Below are positions 13,900 to 26,761 of a stretch of 64,000 bases of DNA, piece after piece; positions within the stretch are counted from its first letter, which is position 1, and each line of letters opens with the position of its first letter. The notes under the pieces were generated by a model. That model was not told the DNA's origin. It saw only the letters and a program-made list of their open reading frames with translations, and ran no database searches. The stretch covers positions 143,673,122 through 143,737,121 of the forward strand of contig NC_068983.1 in the NCBI RefSeq assembly GCF_001194135.2, written 5' to 3'. Both the position numbers and the translations under genes were made by a program. The DNA is from Octopus bimaculoides (lineage: Eukaryota).

Positions 13900-14105
13900 T
13901 TGTCCAATGAATGAAGGGCATTCATAAATGAGCTGGTTACACCCACTGGCATAGGCCATGGGTTATAGTCTCACTTGGCTTGTCGGATCTTCAAGCACAG
14001 CATATCTCCAAAGGTCTCGGTCACAAGTTATTGCCTCAGTAAGGCCCAATATTTGAAGGTCGTGCTTCACCACTTCATCCCAGGTTTTCCTGGGTCTGCC
14101 TCTTA
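13900..14105 (-). mobile_element. RTE 3' end fragment
   Basis: RGRPRKTWDEVVKHDLQILGLTEAITCDRDLWRYAV. Confidence 0.8.
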
Positions 14106-14339
14106 AAAAACAGAAAAATAATCCAGAATCTTTGTCTGGTACTGGATTGATCCCAATGGTAGTCATGGAATGTGAAGGTAGCTGTAGAAAATTTAGTAAT
14201 AGTAATAAATAGTTTATCCTTATCTCATACAAGCCAAAGTTAACAAATTCACCATTCAAAATAGTTACAGCATAAAAGGAGAAAAGACTTGAAAGTTAAC
14301 ATAAGATCTTAATCATGTAAAGTAAATATTACAAATAAT

Positions 14340-14525
14340 ACAGAATCCTTGTCTAGTATCAAACCAATCCCAAAATCTAATCAGTTTGTGCCAGTCATGT
14401 GGCCAAACATCCCTGAAAGTTTCATCCGAATCCATCCAGTGGTTCTTGAGATATCTTGTCCTCGGACAAACAAACAAGCGTGACTGAAAACAATACGTCC
14501 ACCTTCGCTAAGGCAGAGGTAAAAA
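14340..14525 (+). mobile_element. DINE/HINE (Helentron-associated)-like element fragment
   Basis: Short (CAAA)n core, then an imperfect terminal hairpin ccttcgctaaggcagagg and an A-run. Confidence 0.45.
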
Positions 14526-14805
14526 AACATTCAATATACAAAATCACTATCTGTCTTGAATTCCTTCAATAAGGATTTTAAAAAAAGGATAACTGAAGTT
14601 ACACATACTTGAACAACTGATCTTTTATGGTAAGAGCAATATATTTGTTTCCATGCTACCAACAAAGATATCTGAATTTCTTACTGCAGTTATCATCATC
14701 AGCATTAGCATCGCCACCACTCCAACACAGACAACACAAACAGCTACTGATACCACAATGAGCACCAAAAAAAAAAAAAAAAAATGTAAAACTGGAGTTG
14801 TCTAC

Positions 14806-14898
14806 CTTTTTGTTAATAGGAATTTCTTCATCAAGCTGAGCCAAGGTTGCCAGGAAATCATCATCATCATGAAATTCGTCTTCAAAAGATTCATCCAC
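14806..14898 (-). CDS. RFC1: RFC1 exon 6 (VDESFEDEFHDDDDFLATLAQLDEEIPINKK)
   Basis: ttttacaag|GTG...AAG|gtagac; phase 0/0; the HDDxxFxxTLxxLD-like motif is recalled from RFC1. Confidence 0.82.
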
Positions 14899-14969
14899 CT
14901 TGTAAAAGATCAAAAAGAAGAAAGATGTTAGAATTTACTTGAAGCAATATTACTGAAATATAGGGAATA

Positions 14970-15938
14970 CTAGACTACCCATGACCCGTTGGGTCACCAA
15001 TAGTTCAAGGTACCTGAAAAAACTGCGTATCTCAAGAATCCGTGGTCCGATTTACATGAAACTTGTGTTATTCTGTTTGTATTTACATTTCAATAGTACC
15101 TTACTTTCAAAGCATTTTTCCCATTATACACCGGTTTGGCTATTTATAAAGGTATCCGAAAAATGCATATCTCTGAAATCCATGGTCTGTTTTATACAAA
15201 ATTTGTTTTATTTTGTTTGTATTCACACATGCATCTGATTCATGATGTCTCCTGCTTTTGTCTCTTCTCTTCTGCCTTGCCAGGAAACTCCAAGGTCCCC
15301 ACCATCCCTACACCCCTTTCTTTTCTGGAAAAAACAGTGGCTTGTGGCAGGTTTGGAGAGGAGATACATTGAATGNNNNNNNNNNTATTTACTCTTGAAA
15401 ACAATTTTTAAAAAAATTAAAATATTGTCTGTTTAAAGAAAGTTAAAATATAAAAACTTACTGTACAAACAACTTGCATTTTTGAAATCGCATTCACTTA
15501 AAAATATTTCTAAATGATTAAAATATTGTTTAATAAAAGTAAAAATATAAACATTTACTGTAAAAATTAACTTGTATTTTTTCATTGGCAAGTCAAAGTC
15601 ACTAAGACTTTTGCTCAGGTCATGAAGTTTGTCTTCAAATACAGAAGACATTGATCATGTATCTAATCGAAAGGTTTCCTATCTTTCAGGGTTATGTTAT
15701 TTTCGGAGTATTTTCCCATTATGCACCATTTTGGGTATTTATGAATACCCCCAAAACTCCTTATATCTCAGGAATCCCTGGTCCGATATATGCGAAATTT
15801 GTCTTATTCCGTTTGTATTCACATTTTAGAGATACCTTAATACCTTAATTCATAGTATTTTCCCATTATGCGCCAGTTTGGCTGTATTAAATGACAGACA
15901 AGCAAGCAAGCAATCAGAGAGTTTTAGTAGTATATAGA
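14970..15938 (-). mobile_element. Non-autonomous Helitron carrying a small RepHel-like fragment
   Basis: 5' TC and 3' CTAG, subterminal hairpin tgaccc-gtt-gggtca (14982-14996), inserted between A and T, three internal related repeats, and a frameshifted IHDQCLLY/FEDKLHDLSKSLSDFDLP. A 10-N gap lies inside. Confidence 0.75.
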
Positions 15939-17208
15939 TAAGAAAGGCCTTTGAGGTTACTCAAAATGTTATTAAAATATAATCAAATCTAAATTTTTGA
16001 AATTTTTCATTTCAATGTTATTTTATTTTTATATTTATATATTGTTATATTTTGGAATGGTCATTTTAATTTTTTCTTGCCAAATAAACACACACCCTTA
16101 CATATTTATTCTTTACTCATTATCATTCTTATTTCATCTTATATTCATTGTATGGAAATCTTTTGTCACACACCTGTGACCTTTTCAGTGACTCTTCCAT
16201 CCATGTGTTTCCGCCTGTTCTGTTTAGTCTATTCTGAAGGAAACACGTTGATGGAAGAGTTACTGAAGGGTTACAGATGTGTGTCAAACGATTTTCAGAC
16301 AACAGCTATAAAATAAAATAAGAACAATAATAAACAAGTGAAGAAGGAATATATATAGTGCATGTGTTTATTTGGTAAGCAAAAGAAATAACAATGACCA
16401 TCCCAAAATATAACAATATCTATTTCAACACACGGTGTCACAACAGGAATCTTGCAAAATAAATTCATAAATGTATATTCATATAAATTTTACTCTTCTC
16501 ACACATTTATCAGAGAAAAGCCTTTGTTGGAGTGTAACAGTAAATGAATAGATGCTCATCCCAGGAGCCATCTGGAATGGCTAAGCATGGTCCTTCTCTA
16601 CTGCATTAGCACTTGTACAGATGTGACAGCAAATGAACATAAGGTTACCAGTGGCAGGCAGGTTAATGCTGTCTCCATAAGATAAAGTGTTAGGTAAAGG
16701 AAAGGGAAGACACATAAGGTTGGCATCTAAATTCATAGACCAATATCTACAAGGCCTGAGTAGGAAGAAAGGGCAAGAAAGGATAAGAGAATCAGAGTGA
16801 TAGGGACAAGAGAAGAGAAAATCTGGAAAAGAGAAAGAGAGACAGGGAGAGAGAGTGAGTGATAGGCAGTGTAAATATAAAGCTGCTTAGTTTCCTGGGA
16901 ATATCCAACTCATACTTAATATTTGTGTGGGTGTGTGTATACATTAAGTCACACACACCAAGTATATATATATATATGTATATCATCATCGTTTAACGTC
17001 TGCTTTCCATGCTAGCATGGGTTGGACGATTTGACTGAGGACTGGCAAGCCAGAAGGCTGCACCAGGCTCCAATCTGATCTGGCATAGTTTCTACAGCTG
17101 GATGCCCTTCCTAACGCCAACCACTCCGAGAGTGTATATATATATTATACATACAAATTAAGTGATTATGAGAATGAAGAGGACAAATGAAAACAATAAA
17201 TAACTTAC

Positions 17209-17396
17209 TTCGTTCTTTTCCTTAATAGTTACTTTCCTTTCTGTTCTTTCAACTTTAACAGAACCAAAAAAATCTGCACTGCTCACTGCTACTCCTTTTG
17301 TTGGAGACTTTGCATCTTTTGATGAAGTTGGTTTCTCAGCTTTAGAATGAGGTTTGAAGAAAGTTTTGATTGAAGATTTCATTCCATCATCTTCAT
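17209..17396 (-). CDS. RFC1: RFC1 exon 5 (DEDDGMKSSIK...VSSADFFG...KEKNE)
   Basis: actttag|AT...GAA|gtaagt; phase 1/0; the VS-DFFG motif is typical of the RFC1 N-terminus. Confidence 0.85.
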
Positions 17397-17599
17397 CTAA
17401 AGTTATCAAATTAGAAAATTTTCAATGAAAATTTCAATGGAAATAATAGTGGTATCATTTCAGAATAATTACTGACATGGATTGGACGGCTTGACAGGAG
17501 CTGGTGAGCTGCCTGGACTCCATTTTGTCTGTTTGGCATGGTTTCTATGGCTGGATGTTCTTTTTAATGCCAATCACTTTACAGAGTGTACTGGGTGTT

Positions 17600-18190
17600 T
17601 TTAACAACTTGTACACTAAATTCCTTGCTATACTCATTGGCAACTTTCACCTTACTCCCTGTACATGGCTTTTACAGCACTCACCAACCATTCCTTTATT
17701 CCTAGCATCTGCATTGCCCACCAGATATGAGAGCTGGGGACCCAGTCAAAGGCTTTATCTATGTCAACAAAAGCCAAATACAGAGGTTTATTTCTGGCTA
17801 AATACGTCTCCTGTAGTTGCCCCCCAGGAAGATAACATCAGTAATGCCTCTTCCTGGCACAAAACCAAACTGCATCTCATCTAGGTTAACTCTTCCCAAT
17901 TAATTGATCTATGACCATTTCTGTAACTTTCATCACCTGGTCCAGCAATTTGATATCTCTGTAAATATTTCTGTTTAAGGCATCACCTTTACAGTAGTTG
18001 ACAATAATGTTGCTACACTAATCATTGGGTATGACTCCCTTGTGGACAACCTGATTTAACTATGAGTGACTAGGCAATGTATAATTCCACCAGATATTTT
18101 AAACAACTCAGCAAGTGATTCCTGATGGGCTAGCGACTTTCCCTGTCTTCATATCCTTAATTGCTTTATCTACTAAGCTACTGTCAATTC
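17600..18190 (-). mobile_element. RTE-clade LINE RT fragment
   Basis: Degenerate DKAIKDMKTGK...KPLYLAFVDIDKAFDWVP. Confidence 0.75.
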
Positions 18191-18445
18191 AATGCATCAC
18201 ATGACCACACCTCTCTCCTAAAACTCAAACTTCATCTCTTACTGATTTTTGTCAACTCTCCCTAATAAAACATGCTAGAAGAGTTATAAGAGAGACACAA
18301 ACAAAGAGTAAGAGGAACAGAAAGAGAAAGGTATGCTACTAAAACAAAAAATAAAATACAATTCCATAAATAATAACCATTATGAATACTAAAAGAAATT
18401 GATTTATACAAAAGTTTTGAGCTCAAAAATACATAAATAACTTGC

Positions 18446-18523
18446 CTGATTCACAGAACATAGGCTGTCTCTTTTTTGGTTTTTTCTCTCTGGGTTTCTT
18501 CACTTTAACTTCTTCTTCAGAAT
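18446..18523 (-). CDS. RFC1: RFC1 exon 4 (DSEEEVKVKKPREKKPKKRQPMFCES), GC donor
   Basis: tattcag|AT...TCAG|gcaagt; 78 nt, phase 1/1. Confidence 0.75.
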
Positions 18524-20010
18524 CTGAATAAGAAATATATATATANNNNNNNNNNNNNNNNNNNNNNNNNNNNNNNNNNNNNNNNNNNNACACACACAAA
18601 CTTTCTTGAAAAGCAGAGCAAAAGCAACTCAAAAATCAGATTGGATTTTATATGTATCAGCAGGTGTATGCAAGTGAAGCCATTTGGGCAGAAAATTGCT
18701 GTGTGCTGACATAGGAGGTTAACTCTTGCAAAGAAAAACTGAGGAATACACAGGAAGGATTTTGAGCCCACAGATGAAATAACAATGTCAAGAAGAATGG
18801 CTGTTTTCATTGCAAAGCCCTGAACTGGCAGATTTATTTTGCAAGATAGGTGCTGGCATATCTGTGTGGCTAAGAAGTTTGCGTCAGAAATATATGTCCC
18901 ACTCTATGAATGCAGTTGGTTAGCATTTATACAATAGCCATGAGTGACCAGCATCTTGTGAGTGAAACTGGTAGGCATAAATTGAAGTCTGTCATATATA
19001 TATATATATATATATACGTGTGTGTGTGTAATATTTCTAAATCAGAGTGGTTGACATTAAGAAGGGCATCCAGCTGTAGAAACCATGCCAAATCAAGTTG
19101 AAACCTGGTGCACCTCCCCAGCTTACCAGTTTTCAGTCAAACCATCCAACCTATGCCAGCATAGAAAATGGACATTAAATGATTATGATGTATACACTGA
19201 GATGTGTGTGTGTGTGTGTGTTTGTATAAGTGGTTTTGTATTTCTCCTTGTCTTTGTGTTCACTGAATATAAGCAAAACAACCTTGCTGCCACTACAGAT
19301 TATGTCATATGCAGAATCACATCTAAGTGTCCTGAGAAGTCCTTGACACATCACACTATCTTTGTAAACACGTTCAAACTGTTATCTGTTTGATACATTA
19401 GGGAAATAGGTGTTTGGAAACAGGCGGAAGTTGGTAACAAAAAGGGCATCTGACCCTGGAAAATCCACTTTAATGAATTCCATCTGACCCATGGAAGCAC
19501 AATAAAGGGAACATTAAAACAATGACGAACATTAAAACAATGACTTTTCTTCACAAAGCCTTCAAAATTAGTTATTCAAAGTGAATGAGAAATTACAATT
19601 TGATGGCTTATCCTAAGGTCCAAGTACTTACACAGAGTAGACTCTGCAAAAGCACACAAAAGCCAGGTGATGGTGTTAAACTGGGTTACAGCTCTACCAG
19701 ATCACTCTCACCCTCTCTTCTAAAATATGAGTAGTCATGTAGCTCCTCTGCAGCAAGAAACCTATTAAGCTCAGGCTCCTTTTCTCACACTTTTACCCCT
19801 CATCACCTAGCATAAAGCCACCCACCTACTCTTGGGGTTCATAATCTTGCAAGCTGCATGGTGACCTCACTAGTGAAACATCTTTGAGGTTTTACTCAAT
19901 CAAAGCTGACCTGGGGCTAAACAACAACATAAAATAGAATCTGATGTTAATATTGCAAAGAGTCATTCCATTATTATTTGAACTTTGTTTTTGTTTCTTT
20001 ATTATCTTAC

Positions 20011-20122
20011 CAGAATCAGATATTCTGTAACTGTGTTTCTTCTTCTTTCGCTTTCCTTTTTTGATAATTCTTCGAGACACATCATCATCATCAGATTCTT
20101 CTTTCTCCTCTTCACTTGAAAT
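20011..20122 (-). CDS. RFC1: RFC1 exon 3 (ISSEEEKEESDDDD...RISDS)
   Basis: gatttag|ATT...TCTG|gtaag; phase 0/1. Confidence 0.85.
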
Positions 20123-20412
20123 CTAAATCACAAATTTGTACAAAAATTAGGCTCACGTAACTAATTAAAAATTTCAATGACTAAATATCATATATGTGTG
20201 TGTGTGTGTATGTGTCAGTGAATGAATGAGTGAGATGTATAAAAGATAAGAAAAAGACAACAATTTGCAAGTGGTACTGATGGTCTTCCTAAATGAATTT
20301 AATGACTTAGTTAAATCTTTGGAAAGTAGGAATTGAAAATAAATTGAAGACTTTGCAAAATAGTTATAGCTTCATTTCAGTGCCACAGGCTGACAGTTTA
20401 CCTTTTTAGCAT

Positions 20413-20640
20413 TTAACCCTTTAGTGTTTAAACCGGCCATATCTGGCCCAGATATTCTACATGTTTTATATTCAAACTGGCAATATCTAGCCTCTCACAC
20501 CTAACCTACAATGACATTCTGAAAATAAACAATCACATCATTGAAACCTCAAAGCTATAAGATAATGCATGATTAATTCAAAACAATTTGAATGAATAAG
20601 TATTACATTTAACAGAGTAATCTGAACACTAAAGGGTTAA
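20413..20640. mobile_element. piggyBac-type MITE
   Basis: TTAA-CCCTTTAG...CTAAAGGG-TTAA termini; ~225 bp family seen several times in the window. Confidence 0.75.
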
Positions 20641-21084
20641 ACCATTCCAGTTTGCTGTAAAGTTTACTGTAAGAATTTGAACCCATGACATTTTCAGTAT
20701 CAGGAAGTAGATAGGCATCTAGAAAGCAGTAGCAATTTATCATTTGTAAAGAGTCAATGACAAGGAATTGTTTACCACTGTTTCTTATTTATTACAACCA
20801 CTTATGTTCAACATGGATATATGCTAAAGCTAAAATATATAAAGTTTTTAAAAATACAAGGGTATATGTGTAAAATTTCTTTCAAAAGAGGAAATAGAGA
20901 AGAAATAAATTGAAAGGAAAAAAAAAAGATAGAAAAAAACTTAAGAAAACTGAGGTAGTTTATCAAGAGTATATTTTTAAAAGAAAGAACTAGATTAAAA
21001 GTGAAAATAATGGATTAGCAAGTAATGTGAAAATGAAAAAAAGTCTTTTCATTTAGAGTTAATGAGTATGTGAAATACTTCTAC

Positions 21085-21864
21085 CTTAATATTTTTCTTC
21101 CTATCTTTCTTCTTGGAGGTCTTCTTTAAAGGCGAAGAATCACTGTCAACATCGCTATCAACATACATTACTATTTCCTCTTTACCAATCTTAGTTGATT
21201 TCTCCTTTGATGCCACCTTTAACTTTTCATTGCCAGCTTCCTCCTGACTTTTGTTCAACTTCTCTTTCTTTTTTTCCATACTTTTCTCCTTACCATTCTT
21301 GCTATCAGACTTTTTGTCCTTTTCTTTTTTGCTAATCGATTTTTTGTCCTGTTCTTTGGAGTTGTCCATCTGCTTTGGAGAGGTCTTTATTTTCTTAATG
21401 TCAAAATCGTCATTGCTATCAATGGAATACCTCCGTTTTTTCCCAGACACTTTGCCAATATCTTCTGACTGCTTTTTCTCAGTCTTTTTCTTGTTGGTTT
21501 CTTTCTTATTATCCACATTTTTTTCTTGACGTGAAGATTTGTTTGTGCTATTTTCATCAGCTCTAGAACCCTTATCATTGTGTTTTTCTGTCTTCTTCAC
21601 CTGCTCTGGTGTAGTTGCAGCAAGTTTCTTTCCTCCAGACACATTTTCTTTAACACATTTTTCAACTGAGTGATTGCTGGCATTTAGTTTCTTTCCAGGT
21701 TTCTCTTGCTTATCAATGTTGTTGTTCTCCTCTAAGATAATAAGATCCTTTGAAGATTTATTACTTTTCAAACCACCTGATTTAGTAGGAATTAACTCTT
21801 TGGGTTTATTTGGTGTAGAAGTTACCTTTTTAGCTGAACTAGATCCAAAATAATTTCTGATATC
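21085..21864 (-). CDS. RFC1: RFC1 exon 2, 780 nt, K/E/S-rich disordered N-terminus
   Basis: ttctctag|GATATCAGA (DIRNYFG...) to AATATTAAG|gtagaa; 260 codons open, phase 0/0. Confidence 0.88.
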
Positions 21865-23734
21865 CTAGAGAAAAACAGAAATTAAATAAAACTTTTGTCA
21901 GTTTATTTTATTCAAATACATAAAGAGAGTCATTATAAAATAGTGATTTCTTTTCTCTATGCATACAAGTACAGGTGTGACTGTGCAGCAATAAGATTTT
22001 TTCCCAATCACATGGTTCTGGGTTCAGTCCCACAGCATGGCACCTAAAGCAAGTGTCTTCAACTAAAGCCCAGGCCAACCAAAGCCTTGTGAATGGACTT
22101 GGTAGATGGAAACTGTGTCTTTGTGTGAGTATTTGTCACTCGCCATCACTTGACAACCAGTGTTGGTTTGTTAACATCACTGTAACTTAGTGGTTCAGCA
22201 AAAAAGACTGATAGAATAAGTACCAGGCTTAAAAGAAACAATACTCAGGGTAAGTTTGACTAAAAACCTTCAAAGTGGTGACCCAGCATGGCTGTAGTTC
22301 AATGACTGAAACAAGTAAATGATAAAAGCTAACCTGTTTCCACATAGGAGGGATATAATTAGTAAATTGGTATCTCAATGTGAAGGCATGTGGCTAAGTG
22401 ATTAGGGTATTCAGCTCAAGATTTTAAGGTCGTAAGTTTGATACTTGGCAGTGTGTTGTATCCTTGACCAAGACACTTCACTTCACACTGCTCCAGAACA
22501 CTTAGCTGGCAAAAAATGAACAGTACTTGTGTTTCTGTGGAGTGCTCAGCAACTGGCACATTTAATTTCACAAGCAGGCTGTTCTGTTGATCGGATCAAC
22601 TGGAATCCTCATTATCATAACCAACAGAGTGCTAGTATCTCAAGAATATTGTCTGCACTTATTTTTATCAAACTAATGTATATCGGCTGAATGGACGTCA
22701 GTGATTGGTTGAAATTACAGAAATACAACAACTTTAACATGGAATAATTCATGGATTTCTTTTTTTTTTTTAAGAAGACTAAGAGAAAAAGATGTTTTAT
22801 ATGACACATTCTACCAGTGTTCCAAGTTTCAAAGTGTTTCGTTAATGAAAAATGTGGCCCCCATTTTAAAAAAGATCCATTAGTTGTTATTTTTTATTAA
22901 ACCTTTTAAAAAATTTAGATTTTAAAAAACTGCAGGAACTTAGTTGCCAACCAAATATTTGTCCATTTAACTAAATGAATGCTATTAAACTGAATTTCAA
23001 TTGAAGCAATTTTTTCTTCATTTAAATGCATTGCTTCTAAGACAAGTAAAATTGGCTCTTTGAAATGCTGCAAAATATTCTCTACTGAAAAACATTTGAT
23101 ATTCCTCAGTATATTAATATTTCCAGAGCAAAAATTGCTGTGTTCCTCTCATCACCAAGATACAGTCTTGAAATAAACACCACATTCTCTAGCCTTACAT
23201 ACAGATACATATTTTGGAATCCCAACAACACTGAAAATGACAATTTAAATGTGGAATCTGTTTTAATATTTCTAGAGAATATTGTTCATGCATGCAGTGC
23301 CTACTTTGAATTTATACAAAGTCCATCTTCCCTGATGCCATCTAAACTTTATTCATAGTTTTTAATTTCTCTTACAGCACAGACGGTATCAAGATTCTGC
23401 AGACAAAAGTTCTCATCAATGACATGTTTTGGATTCCTTTGAAATTATTTCTTAAGAAAATGCTTTAGCCACAAGGATCCTTGCAAACTCTTCATTGTGT
23501 ATAATGAACGAACTTAAATGTCTTATATTCGTCAACAAATATTATATTAAAACTGTTCTTTGCTACTTGTTCTTTATACAACTACCTACCTTAACAGAAG
23601 GACTTAACTACAGATTTCTGCCCCCATCCCTGCCGACTTGTCAGAAAAATGGATATTTTTTTATGAAATTGTCTACGAATATGTGTTATATCATGTAGAT
23701 TCCGAACATACAAAACTTTTGGGGGAAAGTGTTT

Positions 23735-24062
23735 NNNNNNNNNNNNNNNNNNNNNNNNNNNNNNNNNNNNNNNNNNNNNNNNNNNNNNNNNNNNNNNNNN
23801 NNNNNNNNNNNNNNNNNNNNNNNNNNNNNNNNNNNNNNNNNNNNNNNNNNNNNNNNNNNNNNNNNNNNNNNNNNNNNNNNNNNNNNNNNNNNNNNNNNNN
23901 NNNNNNNNNNNNNNNNNNNNNNNNNNNNNNNNNNNNNNNNNNNNNNNNNNNNNNNNNNNNNNNNNNNNNNNNNNNNNNNNNNNNNNNNNNNNNNNNNNNN
24001 NNNNNNNNNNNNNNNNNNNNNNNNNNNNNNNNNNNNNNNNNNNNNNNNNNNNNNNNNNNNNN
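23735..24062. other. Assembly gap (one of 8)
   Basis: N runs at 1402-1411, 15376-15385, 18546-18589, 23735-24062, 31003-31562, 39808-40051, 48861-48870, 52279-52831. Confidence 0.99.
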
Positions 24063-24259
24063 ATATTTTTTATAATGAAGTTCTCTACAAGGAACTTTTC
24101 CCTTTGAACGGCACATTGAGAAATTAATTTTTTGTAACTAAACAATTTCAAACTTCGGACACTGGTAGATTGTGTCATATAAAACATCTTTTACTCTTAG
24201 TGTTGTTGAGAAAAGTTGATATTTTAAAAGTTATTTCATGTTAAAGTTGTCGTATTTCG

Positions 24260-24835
24260 GTAATTTCAACCAATCAATGACCTGTATTCAGCTGAATAAA
24301 ATTACTGCTGTTGTTTGTCAACAACAACTATCAGCAGTGTCACTGCTATTTATTTCGTTTGTCACTGTTATGACATCATTTGTGCGTTTGTACTGGTTTT
24401 AGCTTTAGGGTTAAGGTTTTCGGGTTAGGGTCTTAGAGTTAGGGTTTGGGTCTTAGAGTTAGGGTTTGGGTTTTAGAGTTAGGGTTTGGGTTTTAGGATT
24501 AGGCTCAGGGTTGGGGTGTTAGGGTTAGAGTTACGGAAAAATGTGAAAAATGAAGAAATTGAAGGGGGAGGGGAGCAAAAATGTCTTTCCGAAAATAGTA
24601 GCTGAAAAACAGGAAAAAAAAACTAAAAGCAGTAGAAATGCACGAATGATTGTGGTTGTGCCATGAAGTAAACATGCTTCAGATACACTCGTTTATTCAT
24701 ACAAACGTAACTGAGATGAAATATGTCATAAATAACAGTGACAAACGAAATATACACCGCCGGAAGTTGTTGTTGACAAACAACAGCAGTAATTTTATTC
24801 AGCTGAATACACGTCATTAATTGGTTGAAATTACT
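24260..24835. mobile_element. Foldback/MITE with ~105 bp inverted arms around a degenerate telomeric repeat
   Basis: Arms ~24260-24370 and ~24730-24835 are reverse complements; TTAGGG-like array at 24405-24533. Confidence 0.7.
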
Positions 24836-26179
24836 TTCTATCTCGCACCCCACCATCAACATATACACATGTCCCTTTCATTTTCTTTCTCTTTCACTTC
24901 ATGCTGACATCAAACAAAATGTACATTTCCAGTTCAAAAAACATTAATTTTTTTTAAGGAATTTACATAACGTTGTACCTTAACAGCTGATAGATCATTG
25001 ACAACTCTGACTCAAAACGAAGGATAGCCGAAAAGATCCCTCTACAAATATACCTCGGACTATGTAGATTCTGAGGACATAGGAATTTTGGAGAAAAACA
25101 ATTGGGAGTTATTTTGGGAGACTGTTCCCCACTCGGGGGTGTTTCGAAACAAGTCGTCCATATTTGTTTCATTTTGTGCGTTTGTGCTTCCGTAGATTTC
25201 TGCTGAAGCAACAAACAGGCAATGAAGCCCACACCAGAAAACTCGTTATGCTAAAAATAACAGCTAAAGGTCTTGTATACAGAAATATAGGAGACTTGTT
25301 CAGAAACACCCGCGAGTGGGGAACAGTTCTCAAAATTAACCCCCAAAATTCCTGTCCTTGGTATATTTGTAAAGAATTTCATTAAAAAATATTCATTTTC
25401 TTGAAAGTTAAAACGAATTTAAGTGGACTCCGGTGAATTTTTCGAAATTCCCCCACCAACCCCCTCCTAAAACACTTTCCCCAAAAAGTTTTGTATATTC
25501 GGAATCTACATGATATAACACATATTCGTAGAAAATTTAATTAAAAAATATTCATTTTTTTTGGAAGTTATCATCCAAAGTCGGTGAGAGGATCCGGAAC
25601 ACTACCGATGTGAATTTTTCGAGACGTCTACCCACTCCCGTTTGCCAGCGCGCATTGTTTTTCATATTTGTTTACTACATGTTGTTTTATACCTATTACA
25701 CTTCTTTTCTATTTTCACTTTTTTGCTCGGGTCAAATACTAGAAGTTAATCGAAATCTAGTTATGCCAACAGAAGTAAGCTATTTATGCTAACATAAGGC
25801 AAACTAAAACCATATTCTACATCGCAGTAGCTTTACTGTAATGTTCTATAACCTTCCTGCAATAATTTTTCTCAGCATCTAACTTGAAATGTACATAATA
25901 ATCATTTTTGACAGCCGGTTCCCATGAGGAATATGCTTCTTGTTACAATGAAATGGCGAAGCGTCAACATCGGAGCTCGTAATAAACACAATACGATAAT
26001 AGACATAAGCTCCCAATTCGTAGCTAATTAGTCAAACAAATGAACTTAGAATTTCTGAATTTGCTAATGAGAAAATGTATGAAATGTGATAAGTTTGTCA
26101 GCAGACAAAAATGTAAGTTAGATGTTGTTTAAATTAGTCTGTCCAACGAACCGATCGCCTCGTCCGAAACTACGCCACT

Positions 26180-26210
<31 letters not shown>

Positions 26211-26673
26211 CATGAAGAGTGTATTCTTTTGATTAAAGAATCAAATTAAGAATCCAATTTAAAACATTTAATGAGCACGATATCAAAACTAATGTTTGTA
26301 AAGTGACTAATAACTTCAATAACAGTACATGATATATTTATTTATATTCTGGGACACCTTGTTGAACGAGTGTTTGATCATAGATAAAAAAAAGATATTC
26401 TGTATATATCTGCATAAAAACACCAAACAAGTAGTTCATAGATTAAATTTCAGCTTGAAATATTGTTAACAAAGTCCTGGTTTACGATATTCCACTGTAT
26501 TTTTCGATAACGATATTGGTGGTGCGAGCCTGGAACTACATAATTTCAATTACATTTCAGTTATGCACGAATTAATATTCAAAAGTAAATTCTTATCTAT
26601 CGTAAATTTCAACTGTAATGCATAAAAAGTATCATTAGAAAGATATAAAAAAAAAAAAAAGCAATATACGCAC

Positions 26674-26676
26674 CAT
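26674..26676 (-). CDS. RFC1: RFC1 exon 1 (coding part is only the ATG)
   Basis: Minus strand reads ttacaATG|GTGCGT. A phase-0 join to exon 2 gives MDIRNYFG, matching the MDIR-F-G start of RFC1. A double E2F site lies ~75 nt upstream. Confidence 0.6.
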
Positions 26677-26749
26677 TGTAATTTCTAATAAATTTTGTTA
26701 CACTACCAACATTTTGTTATTGATAATCACGTTGTCGAGGGAAATACGA

Positions 26750-26761
26750 TTTCGCGCCAAA
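26750..26761 (-). promoter_or_regulatory. Overlapping inverted E2F sites in the RFC1 promoter/5'UTR
   Basis: TTTCGCGCCAAA = TTTSSCGC on both strands, in a CpG-rich stretch upstream of the RFC1 ATG. Confidence 0.75.
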
